Shown: positions 7,629-16,500 of the stretch, in pieces
Layout: every line of letters begins with the position of its first letter
Position numbering within the stretch: position 1 is the first letter of the stretch
Assembly (NCBI GenBank): GCA_045106895.1
Contig: JBGCFM010000144.1
Span: 1-23,617 of the forward strand
Direction: 5' to 3'
From: Polyangiales bacterium
Lineage (GTDB): Bacteria > Myxococcota_A > Polyangia > Polyangiales > Houyiibacteriaceae
DNA: 23,617 nucleotides
The notes under the pieces: model-generated
Told to the model about the DNA's origin: nothing
Seen by the model: the letters and a program-made list of their open reading frames with translations, nothing else
Databases searched by the model: none
Made by a program: the position numbers and the translations under genes

Positions 7629-8876
7629 ATGCAGCGCCGCCACTTCCTTCATTGCTCCGCTTGTGCGTCTGCCGCCGCGCTCGTCGGTTGCGCCGATCCG
7701 GAGCCTTTGCCCATTCTCGATGCCGGCGCGGGGCCGGATGTACCGCCCTTCGACGCCGGAGTGGATACGAGCACCGCAGAGCCGGATTCTGGGCCGGACG
7801 CGGGGCCGCAGTGCGACGACGCCTTTGCCGGCGGAACGCTCCTCGGCGTGGTGCCCTTTGTTGGCAACGAGCGAACGCTTGAGGTTCGCCTCGGCCAAGG
7901 ATGGGACGGCCGTCTCTACACCGACCTCTCCTCCGTGCCGGAAGAGCCCGTTGTGTCCAATGAGCGCTTCTACATTCGCACTTTGGATCCCGACCGCCTC
8001 GATCGCGCCGCTGCATGGAGGATCGAAGTCGGGGGCCTAGCGGATGCTGCGTCCCTCACTCTCGACGACGTCCTCGTGACGGGCGTGCGCGACATGGGAC
8101 TGCATGTACTCGAGTGCTCCGGCAACGGCGGACCCTCGTTCGGTTTGATGAGCGCCGCGCGATGGGGCGGTGTCCCCGTCATGGAAGTTCTCGACAGCCT
8201 CTCCATCGACCCCGCGGCGACGGCCGTTGAGGTGCGCGGCTTCGACGATCACTCCGTGCCTTCGGCAGGTGGCCATTCCACACCCGGCGCCGCATGGATT
8301 TTCACCTTCGACCAGCTCGCTGCCGCCGGGGCCTTCTTCGCGACGGAGATGAACGGCATGCCCTTGCCGAACGACCACGGCTCGCCGCTGCGGCTCTACG
8401 TGCCCGGTTGGTACGGTTGCGCGTGCATCAAGTGGGTCAACAGTCTGCGCTTCGTCGACGACACGGAGCCAGCGACGGACCAGATGCGCGAGTTCGCCGG
8501 CCGAACACATCAGCCGCGCGAGGCCACGCTCGCTGCGGACTTTCTCCCCGCCATCATGGACCAGTCCGCGATGCCCGTGCGCGTTGAGAAGTGGCGCGTC
8601 GATGGCGAGATCGTCTACCGCGTGTACGGCATTCTCTGGGGAGGCTCCACGCCGACGGACGAACTCATCCTTGGGTGGGGCGGACCTAACCAGCAGCGCG
8701 TTGAGACCTGCCCTCCCCAGACGATGAACGCCATGTGGACGGTATGGCAAACGGCTTGGCGGCCGGCGTCGACGGGCGAGTTCTCCCTTCGCATGCGCAT
8801 CGAGGACGACGCCATTCCGACGAACCGTCTGGACACCGGATACTACGCGCGCAGCGTCGACGTCGACGAGATCTGA
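7629..8876 (+). CDS. Sulfite oxidase-family molybdopterin oxidoreductase, Tat-exported lipoprotein
   Basis: MQRRHFL twin-arginine motif and LVGC lipobox; FYIR, LECSGN (Mo-ligating Cys), ARWGGVP, MNGMPLPNDHGSPLRLYVPGWYG and IKWV; C-terminal Ig-like dimerisation-type region. Confidence 0.9.
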   Translation: MQRRHFLHCSACASAAALVGCADPEPLPILDAGAGPDVPPFDAGVDTSTAEPDSGPDAGPQCDDAFAGGTLLGVVPFVGNERTLEVRLGQGWDGRLYTDLSSVPEEPVVSNERFYIRTLDPDRLDRAAAWRIEVGGLADAASLTLDDVLVTGVRDMGLHVLECSGNGGPSFGLMSAARWGGVPVMEVLDSLSIDPAATAVEVRGFDDHSVPSAGGHSTPGAAWIFTFDQLAAAGAFFATEMNGMPLPNDHGSPLRLYVPGWYGCACIKWVNSLRFVDDTEPATDQMREFAGRTHQPREATLAADFLPAIMDQSAMPVRVEKWRVDGEIVYRVYGILWGGSTPTDELILGWGGPNQQRVETCPPQTMNAMWTVWQTAWRPASTGEFSLRMRIEDDAIPTNRLDTGYYARSVDVDEI

Positions 8877-8930
8877 GGTTCCTGCGGCGTCCTCGCGGCG
8901 CACTCTGAGACGACATCCGCTTGGGCGCTC

Positions 8931-9731
8931 GTGGTAAGTTCGTGCGTGCGTTACCTGCCGGCTTTGATCCTCGGCGCTATCGGAGGCGTCCTTAGCCTCG
9001 CTGCCCCCGACCTCAGCATCACCGTCCAACTCATCGTTTTGGCGTTGGGCATCGCCGTTGTTCTAATCGTGATGGTGGTGGCAAGCAGCGCGCGTGCGCT
9101 GAAGGCCAACGGCGGCAAACTCACCTTCGTCGATCTCGCGGAAAGCCAGCTCGACGAGGAACTACTATTGGTGATCCGCGAGCTGGAGGAGATGGGCTTT
9201 CGGCGCTCGGGGGAGGTGATTCGACCCGTCGGCTCGAACTACAACAAGGAAGCGCTGCTGGTATTCATGTTCAACGAAGACGCGACGGTCGTGGTGCAGG
9301 TTGGTCGTCTTTGTGGACCGTTGATGGCGTCCCACTGGTCGGTCTTTGACATCGCCCGCGATACGGAGGTGCAGCTCTTGACGTCGAGAGAGCGAATCTA
9401 CACGGAAGCCGGGCCGAACGACCTTTGGCAGAGCTTTCCCGATACAGATCTGGCCACTCGGGGCGCCGAGCATGCGAGGGCGCTGGAGATGCTTACCGCA
9501 CGTGGCGCGGCGGCGCGCCCGATGAATACAGACGCGTGCAAGACCGGCCTCCAAAAAGCGTTCGAGCGAAATCGCGCCCGACTTCTGCCTTCGCTGACCT
9601 GGAACGTCCTTCGTATGTACGGCCGAGCGCTCACGAAGAGGTCAAACCACGATGAGCGCATCGATGAGCAAAACGCCGCGCAGGAGGTCCTAAAGCGAAT
9701 CGCTGAAAGAAGCACGAGTCTGCGAGCGTAG
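8931..9731 (+). CDS. Hypothetical membrane-anchored protein
   Basis: Two N-terminal hydrophobic helices followed by a soluble domain; fits between its neighbours on the same strand. Confidence 0.65.
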   Translation: MVSSCVRYLPALILGAIGGVLSLAAPDLSITVQLIVLALGIAVVLIVMVVASSARALKANGGKLTFVDLAESQLDEELLLVIRELEEMGFRRSGEVIRPVGSNYNKEALLVFMFNEDATVVVQVGRLCGPLMASHWSVFDIARDTEVQLLTSRERIYTEAGPNDLWQSFPDTDLATRGAEHARALEMLTARGAAARPMNTDACKTGLQKAFERNRARLLPSLTWNVLRMYGRALTKRSNHDERIDEQNAAQEVLKRIAERSTSLRA

Positions 9732-9755
9732 TCTTGTTCCGCTAGCCGCACGACG

Positions 9756-9783
9756 AATGTCCGCTACGCGCAATGTCCGCTAC
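9756..9783 (+). repeat. 12-bp exact direct repeat aatgtccgctac x2
   Basis: Copies at 9756-9767 and 9772-9783; core tccgcta also at 9738-9744. Confidence 0.7.
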
Positions 9784-9793
9784 CCTCGGCGCG

Positions 9794-10546
9794 ATGGCCA
9801 GTGACACCGTAGACCGCATCGACCGCGCCTCACCGGCGACGCGGCCCTCGGGTCGAAACGCAGGAACCCAGCGTTGGCGGGACTTGCTCTTTGTGCACTG
9901 GCCCGTGGATGAGGAGTCTTTGCGCGCTGCCGTGCCCCCGGAGCTGGAGCTCGATTCTTTCGGTGGTCGCTACTACGTCGGCGTCGTGCCTTTCTTGATG
10001 CGCGACATCCGAGCAGCCTGGATGCCGAGCTTTACGGCGATGAACTTTCTGGAGACCAATCTCCGCACGTATGTGGTCTACGATGGCCGGCCGGGAGTCT
10101 GGTTCTTCTCTCTTGAGGCATCGAGTCGTTTAGCCGTGAGCGTCGCGCGCGCGGTCTGGAAACTCCCCTACCACCACGCCAACATGCACGCGTCGCGAGA
10201 TGGGCAGCGCATCCAGTATGAGTCTGTCCGACGTGATGCATCTGGCGCAGAGCTCTCCGTCGACTTCGAAGTCGGCGCCGCCCTAGGCGCATCGGAGCCC
10301 GGAACGCTCGAGTACTTTCTACTGGAGCGTTACCTGCTCTTTTCAAAACGCGGCGAGCGAGTGTTCGAGGGACAGGTTCACCACCCGCCCTATGTGGCGC
10401 ACGAAGCGCGTCTGCGTTCTCTGACAGAGTCGCTCGTTGACGTCGCGGGCATCACAAAACTTCGCGGCGCCGATCCGCTGGTTCATTACTCAGGCGGCGT
10501 CGACGTTGAGGTCTTTGGGCCTTGGGCGTTGCCGCCACTCGATTGA
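9794..10546 (+). CDS. DUF2071 / YqjF-family protein
   Basis: QRWRDLLFVHWPV, GVVPF, FLETNLRTYV, PGVWFFSLEA, LPYHHA, FLLERYLLF and VHHPP. Start ATG 9794 or 9773. Confidence 0.9.
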   Translation: MASDTVDRIDRASPATRPSGRNAGTQRWRDLLFVHWPVDEESLRAAVPPELELDSFGGRYYVGVVPFLMRDIRAAWMPSFTAMNFLETNLRTYVVYDGRPGVWFFSLEASSRLAVSVARAVWKLPYHHANMHASRDGQRIQYESVRRDASGAELSVDFEVGAALGASEPGTLEYFLLERYLLFSKRGERVFEGQVHHPPYVAHEARLRSLTESLVDVAGITKLRGADPLVHYSGGVDVEVFGPWALPPLD

Positions 10547-10625
10547 GCGAACTGCCTGCCGTAGAGTTTTGAGCCCTATTCGGATCTGCTGTCCGCCTGG
10601 TGCCGTCCTGATGGTACGCTGTGGG

Positions 10626-11870
10626 ATGCGACAGTGCCTCGGTCTTGTTCTCATTCTCGCGGTCGCTTGTGGTGGTTCGGCGCCAGCAGCGACGACTCCT
10701 GTGGCGGTATCGCCTTCGGTGTCCACGACATGCGAGGGTGCTCCTATCCGACTGAGCTTTGCGTGGCCTGAAGGCATCAGCGCGCGTGTGTCGTCCGTGG
10801 AGCGAACGGCGAGCCAAGCACCCGATGGCTCAAACCCCGTCGAAGGTACCTCCGAGGCGGACTATGTGATGCGCGTCGTCCACGATGCGGGAAACGTCGC
10901 GGTTCGATTTGATGCCGGCGCACGGGGGCGAGGGCGGAGCAACGGCCTGATCCCTACCTTCTCCGATGCACGAACGACGGTTGTGTTGGGCGCCGAGGGC
11001 AACGTGGTGCGAGTGGAAGGGCCCGCCGACATACGCGCCGCCGTCGCCGTCGCCGAGCAGAACGGCGCCATCACCCCGGCCTCGGCGGCGAGCTTAGCGC
11101 TCTCCTTCGCCGATGAAGGGCAGCTGACCAACGCGCGGAGCGCTTGGGCACACTTGCTCACGGTTTGGCATGGACGCGAGTTTCGTTGTGGCGAGTCCCA
11201 GTCGCTCCGCTTCCGTTCGACGGCGCACTTTGCCGCCAGCATGAACCTCGTCGAGACGAACGCGACACTGCAATATGTCGAAGAGATCGCATGCCCGACG
11301 GAGCGTGAGCCCGGCGCCCGCTGTGTTCACCTTCGCATCGACGCGGAGGCCGACGCGGCATCGCTCCGCAGCGCTCGGCAGGCGTGGGCTCGAACTATGG
11401 GTGACGACGCGGGCACTCCGGCGGCGCGCGTCCGTCGCGTCGTGGACCTAATCGTGGAGCCCGACGGCCTCATCCCCCATGAGCTTGCCTTCGAAGAGCT
11501 GTCCGAGCTCGTATGGGAGGTGCAAGGTCAGCGCAGTGGGCGAGAGATCCACGACGTGAGCGCCTATCAGTTCGCGTACGGCCAAGCCACGACGGACATC
11601 GCGTACGGGGGAGAGGGTGTGGGTTTCCAAGTCGTCCGTGACGGCCGTGTGGTCCGCCTACCGGACACCCCGGAGTGCCGCGCGTTGACGGCGTGCTGCA
11701 ACGCCGCGGATGCGGCCTCCAATCCGGGCACCATCAACTTGATGTGCGCGATGGCGCGAACCAGCGCCGCGACGGACGCTGGCCGGGTGCCTTGCAGCGC
11801 GGAGCTCTCCACCGTTCGCTCGATGCTCGATGCGGATAGCGTCACGCTCCCCCAGGGCTGCCAACCTTAG
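10626..11870 (+). CDS. Hypothetical lipoprotein with small C-terminal Cys-rich domain
   Basis: MRQCLGLVLILAVAC-GG lipoprotein signal, beta-rich body, C-terminal CRALTACC...C...C...C. Confidence 0.75.
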   Translation: MRQCLGLVLILAVACGGSAPAATTPVAVSPSVSTTCEGAPIRLSFAWPEGISARVSSVERTASQAPDGSNPVEGTSEADYVMRVVHDAGNVAVRFDAGARGRGRSNGLIPTFSDARTTVVLGAEGNVVRVEGPADIRAAVAVAEQNGAITPASAASLALSFADEGQLTNARSAWAHLLTVWHGREFRCGESQSLRFRSTAHFAASMNLVETNATLQYVEEIACPTEREPGARCVHLRIDAEADAASLRSARQAWARTMGDDAGTPAARVRRVVDLIVEPDGLIPHELAFEELSELVWEVQGQRSGREIHDVSAYQFAYGQATTDIAYGGEGVGFQVVRDGRVVRLPDTPECRALTACCNAADAASNPGTINLMCAMARTSAATDAGRVPCSAELSTVRSMLDADSVTLPQGCQP

Positions 11871-11964
11871 CGATGAACGCGTCTCGAAGCTCCGCGCACG
11901 CTTGAGAACACGGCCTCGGGCGAAACTCAATGCGTCGGCGAGAATGCCCGGATACCCTGCGCCG

Positions 11965-13512
11965 GTGCGCCGCCTTCATGTCCTCCACTTCGTCTTCCTT
12001 GTATCCACTCTCTCCAGCGCCTGCGGGCAGCCTGGCCTGGAGCTGTCCATCGACTTGAAAACGGACCTCGTGCCTGGACGAGAGATGGTCGGCACGCGCT
12101 ACGAGCTTCGGCAAGGCGACCGCTATATCTCGGGCGATGAAGTCCTGACACTCGGCGGACGCGACTACTTTGAGGGCGTACGCATTGCAGATATTGATGG
12201 GCTCGACGCGGGTGACTATCTGCTTCGCGTCGCAGCGCTCGGTGTCGACGGCTCGACGCTTCAGGCGCAGACCATCCGCGTCACGCTGCGCGAAAATTAT
12301 GGTCTAACGGCGCTGCTGGCGCGGGAATGCAACGAAACGGTTTGTGCGCCCGACGAAGTCTGCTTTGGAGGGACGTGCGTCGACGACGCGTGCACGCCGG
12401 AGACGCCCGAGTTCTGCGGTGAGCTCTGCACCTCGGACGCGGAGTGCCCCGGTGGGGCCATCAGTCAGTGCAGCATGATGGTTTGCCTCGACGGAGCATG
12501 CCTGACGAGATTGGACGACGGCAGCTGCGACGGTGCCGCCGTCTGCACAATCGATGGGTGCCGGGGCAACATGCCTGACGCGGGACCGGATGGTGGTCCC
12601 GACGCGGGACCCGATGTGATGGTCCCCGTGGACACCGGCCCGCTCCTTTGTGATCCCGTGGACTGTGACGATGACAACCCGTGCACGGATGACGCATGCG
12701 ACGAAGGTTTCTGTCGGCATGAACCGAACGCGGAAAGCTGCGACGATGGCTTCTTTTGCAACGGGGCGGATACCTGCGGCGAAGGCAGCTGTTCGGTGCA
12801 CGAAGGCTCGCCGTGCGCGATGTTCTGCAACGAGGGCACAGGTCTGTGCGAGGCGTGTATGGACGATCTCGATTGCGGCACGCCCACCGTCGGCGCGTTT
12901 GGTTCGTGTGACTACCAGAGCACCTGCGACCGGAGCGCCCAGCGAACTCGCACCCGCTTCACACCGTCTTGCGTAAGCGGCGCGTGCACCGTGGACGAGC
13001 AAGACGAGTCCGAGGCCTGCTCCCGTGACACGACGGGAACAAGATGCGGCGCGACGACGAGAACTCCCTTTGGTGAGTGCTTCTTTGCGCCCTGCGCCAC
13101 GAACGGACTTCGCATGCGGAGACGAGACGAGCGCTTGTGCGACGGATCTGGAACCTGCGAGGTGGTCGCGTTTTCGGAGAGCGAAGGATGCAACCGAGGA
13201 TCGCAAGAGCACGCCGTGTGCGGCACCTCGAACGAGCGCTGCTGTGGCGGCAGCTGCATCAACATCACAACGAATACCTCGAACTGCGGCGGATGCGGGC
13301 TCACCTGTGAAGCGGGGGAGAGCTGCGGATCGCGCGGCGGCCTTCCGAGCTGCACCTGCACCTCAGGCTTCCATGGCGAGTGTTCGGGGACAACCGGGAG
13401 CTGCTCCAACAGCACACGCATCTGCAGCTGCGATCCCGCCTTCGGCGGCTCCTGCCCGGCGCCGATGAACTGCTATGTGATGGGCGGCGGCGCCGACATC
13501 TGCACGTATTAA
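11965..13512 (+). CDS. Large Cys-rich surface lipoprotein (myxobacterial type)
   Basis: Signal VRRLHVLHFVFLVSTLSSAC, beta-sandwich-like N-domain, PDAGPDGGPDAGPD linker, CDDDNPCTDDAC and CDDGFFCNGADTC repeats, NCGGCGLTC motif. Start GTG 11965 or ATG 11944. Confidence 0.82.
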   Translation: MRRLHVLHFVFLVSTLSSACGQPGLELSIDLKTDLVPGREMVGTRYELRQGDRYISGDEVLTLGGRDYFEGVRIADIDGLDAGDYLLRVAALGVDGSTLQAQTIRVTLRENYGLTALLARECNETVCAPDEVCFGGTCVDDACTPETPEFCGELCTSDAECPGGAISQCSMMVCLDGACLTRLDDGSCDGAAVCTIDGCRGNMPDAGPDGGPDAGPDVMVPVDTGPLLCDPVDCDDDNPCTDDACDEGFCRHEPNAESCDDGFFCNGADTCGEGSCSVHEGSPCAMFCNEGTGLCEACMDDLDCGTPTVGAFGSCDYQSTCDRSAQRTRTRFTPSCVSGACTVDEQDESEACSRDTTGTRCGATTRTPFGECFFAPCATNGLRMRRRDERLCDGSGTCEVVAFSESEGCNRGSQEHAVCGTSNERCCGGSCINITTNTSNCGGCGLTCEAGESCGSRGGLPSCTCTSGFHGECSGTTGSCSNSTRICSCDPAFGGSCPAPMNCYVMGGGADICTY

Positions 13513-13531
13513 CTCGTCGAGGAATGAGGCT

Positions 13532-16500
13532 GTGACAATCCCCTTCGACCGGCTGCCGTTTCGTGCGCTCCTCGCGCGGATCCAAGAAGCCGCCTCCGTC
13601 GATGAGAGTGCGGCGCTCGGTCTCCTGCGTTCCGCTGGAGGCATGCCGGACTCCGAACCCCTCACGCGTCTCGTCGGCGTCCTCGCCGAGGCGGGCCGAA
13701 TGAACGAAGCCCTTACGCACGAACTCTGGGCGCAGAGCGCGACGCTCTCGGGCCCCGCTCTTCAGTATCTTCTCCATGACGCCGGCACCGGCGAGCAGAC
13801 ACAGGAAGTGCTTCGCGGGCTCGTGATGAACGCTCTGAGAACTTGGCCCATCGCGCGGATCAGCGCCATCGCCTTGCTCACGCGTTGGCTACGACGGCGT
13901 TTCCCCGGCGACTACGCGGAGTTTCTGGAGTCGTCGTCGACGCGAATTGAGAAGGGCTCCTACGACGCGCGCTCTCTGCTCTTTGCCAGCGGCGCGACGC
14001 TGCAGCGGCTCGCCCAAGACACGGCTTGGCGACCGCTTGTCACCGAAGCGCTCTCCGAAGCGATAGACGCGCTCGCGAACGCACCGAAGTCCATCTCGCA
14101 GGCCAACGCGGAGTCGCTGCTCGCGCGAAGGGTGTACGCGGACCCGGGTCACTTCTTCTTTGAGCTCCTGCAAAACGCCGACGACGCCGAGGCCTCGAGT
14201 TGGCGAGCTTCGGTCTGCAGCGAGAGCGTCTCCATCAAGCACGACGGCAAGCTCTTCTCCTTCCACGACGTCGTGGGGCTGCTCTCCATCGGCCAAACGA
14301 CAAAGAGAAAAGACCAGATCGGCTTCTTCGGTGTTGGCTTCAAGAGCGTGTACGAAATATGCGAGCGGCCGCGCGTGCGTTCGGGCATCTTCGATTTTGA
14401 GATCGCCCACGTGTCGATCCCCCGTTCTCTCTCCGAGGGCCCTGTCACCGGGCCCCCTTCGCTGAGCGGCGAGACGGTGTTGGACCTCCCCTACGCGTCC
14501 GGTGTTGACGTTTCGGCGCTCTTTCGTAAAGCGCTGGCGATTCCGCCGGAGACGCTTCTGACACTGCCGAACGTCAGGGCCCTCGCGGTGTCGAGCGACA
14601 CGGACAGCTCATGGTCGTGGGAGGAAGAGTGGCATGAGGATGTCGCGACGCTTCGGCGCATCACCGGCGAGACGCGGCGCTACCTCTGCGCGCGAGAGGA
14701 CTTTACCTTCGTGGGCGAGAGGGAAGCCGGGCGCTCCCACGCGTGCACGCTCCTCGTCGCCGTCGCCATCGAAGAAGACGGCGCACCTCGTCCGATGCAG
14801 GGTTCCACGCTCTACGCCTTTCTTCCCACGGCGCAGCACACGGGGCTCCGATGCATGGTGCACGCGCGCTTCGACGTTACCCTGGACCGTGAGCGCCTTG
14901 AGCGCGATTCGAGCTGGAACGATGAGCTCTTGCGGGCGGCGGGCCGCGCCTTCGCGGACCTTGTCATCAAGCTCGTCCGCGCGGGGCACGCCGTGCTTCC
15001 TGTTCTCTCGGCGCCATCGGAGCGCGCGCCTATGGCGGCGCCATTCGCAAAGGCGCTGAGAGAATCTCTCAAGCGGCACCCTTGTCTTGTAGGCGCCGAT
15101 GGTGAACTCGTGGCTCCGGCGGCCGCTCGGCTCGTTCGTGCCGAGCTTTGTGTTCCCCTTGCCGGAGTCGACCTCGGAGACCGCCACCGTGCTCTTGGGC
15201 CGCTGAGCGCGCGCGAAGAGGAGATCGCTCTCTCCCTCGGCGCCTCTCCTTTCACGAACGTCGATCTTGTCCATTTTTCGAAGCGAACACTCATCGCTGG
15301 GGAGCCGCCTCCGGGTTGGTATAAACGTGCGCCGGAGAGCGCAGAGCCGAACAGCGCAGTCCATGTCAGCATCGGCGAGGCCAAGGTTTCGGATGAAATA
15401 CTGGTGTCGATTCCGCTCTTGATGGACGGCGCCGGCCTGCTTCGATCGTCGGAGGATGCGATGGAGGCGCGCTCTGAGTGGGCGGCGCTCTACGCTGGCA
15501 TCAGGCCGCTCGTCGACGAGCTCTTCCTTCGCTCGCTTCCCGCGTCTTTGCGCGCACGACTGAGTGTTACGCGCTTCGAGCCGACGACGCTCTTGGAGGA
15601 CCTGCGTGATGAGGCCCTCGGCGCGGCGCTCCTCACGCGCGAAGACGCGCTTCTTCGCGCCATGTCCACACTGGAGATGGCGCAGCTCCACGCCTTCGCC
15701 GGCTACGCGATACTTCGAACTTCCGATGGTTCGCGCCGCGCGCTGTCGGATGGCGTCTTCCGTTTGCATCCATCGCTGGCCTCCGTTCGAGAGATTATTG
15801 CCAAGCGCGTACCCCTCGTCGCCGCGGAACTCGCCGAACGCTTCGACGGACTCGTCACGTCGTGGGTGCCCGTGTTCGGTCTTGCCGAGCTCGCCAAACT
15901 TCTGCCTCGCGTCGGTTCGAAGAGCGCTGGCGAAGTCGAATGGGACGACGCGAGCCTCGGCGCGGTGGTGGAGCTCCTGGGCGGCGCGTCGGGGAGCATG
16001 TCTCGGGACCTGGCAGGGGAGCTGTTGGGCGCGGCCATATTCCGTGATGTACACGGCGCGCGCAGGCCGCTTGTTGGCCCGGGCCGCGCCCTCATTCCGA
16101 CAGACAAAGCGCTCCTCCATCTGCTCCCCGGATGGCCTTGGGTCTCGTCTCCCGCTGGGGCGTTCGTCCAGGGTGCGGGCGCTCGTGAGGTCCGTGCAAG
16201 CGACGTTGCGGCGGCCTTCGCCGCCAATGCGGACGAGTGGCCCGTCGCGGACGATGAATGGGCGCCTGCGCTGGCATGGCTTAGCGAGCACGCGGATCGG
16301 CTCTCCTCGCGTGACGCAGTAGGGCTCCTGTCGTCGCGCGTGTGGCTCGACGAAGAGGAGAAACGGCGGGGCGTCGCTGCGCTGAGGCTCCCCGGCGGCT
16401 CGGACGTCGTCGATGCGCTCTTCCGGTCGATGGACCGGCGCTTCGTGGCCCACCCCGCTTCTGTGGCACTCGCCGTCGCGCTCGGTTCCGCCACACAGAT

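Noticed and set aside
11965..13512. Multiheme cytochrome or Fe-S interpretation of the Cys-rich lipoprotein
   Set aside because: No CxxCH motifs; the Cys spacing fits extracellular disulfide-rich repeats.
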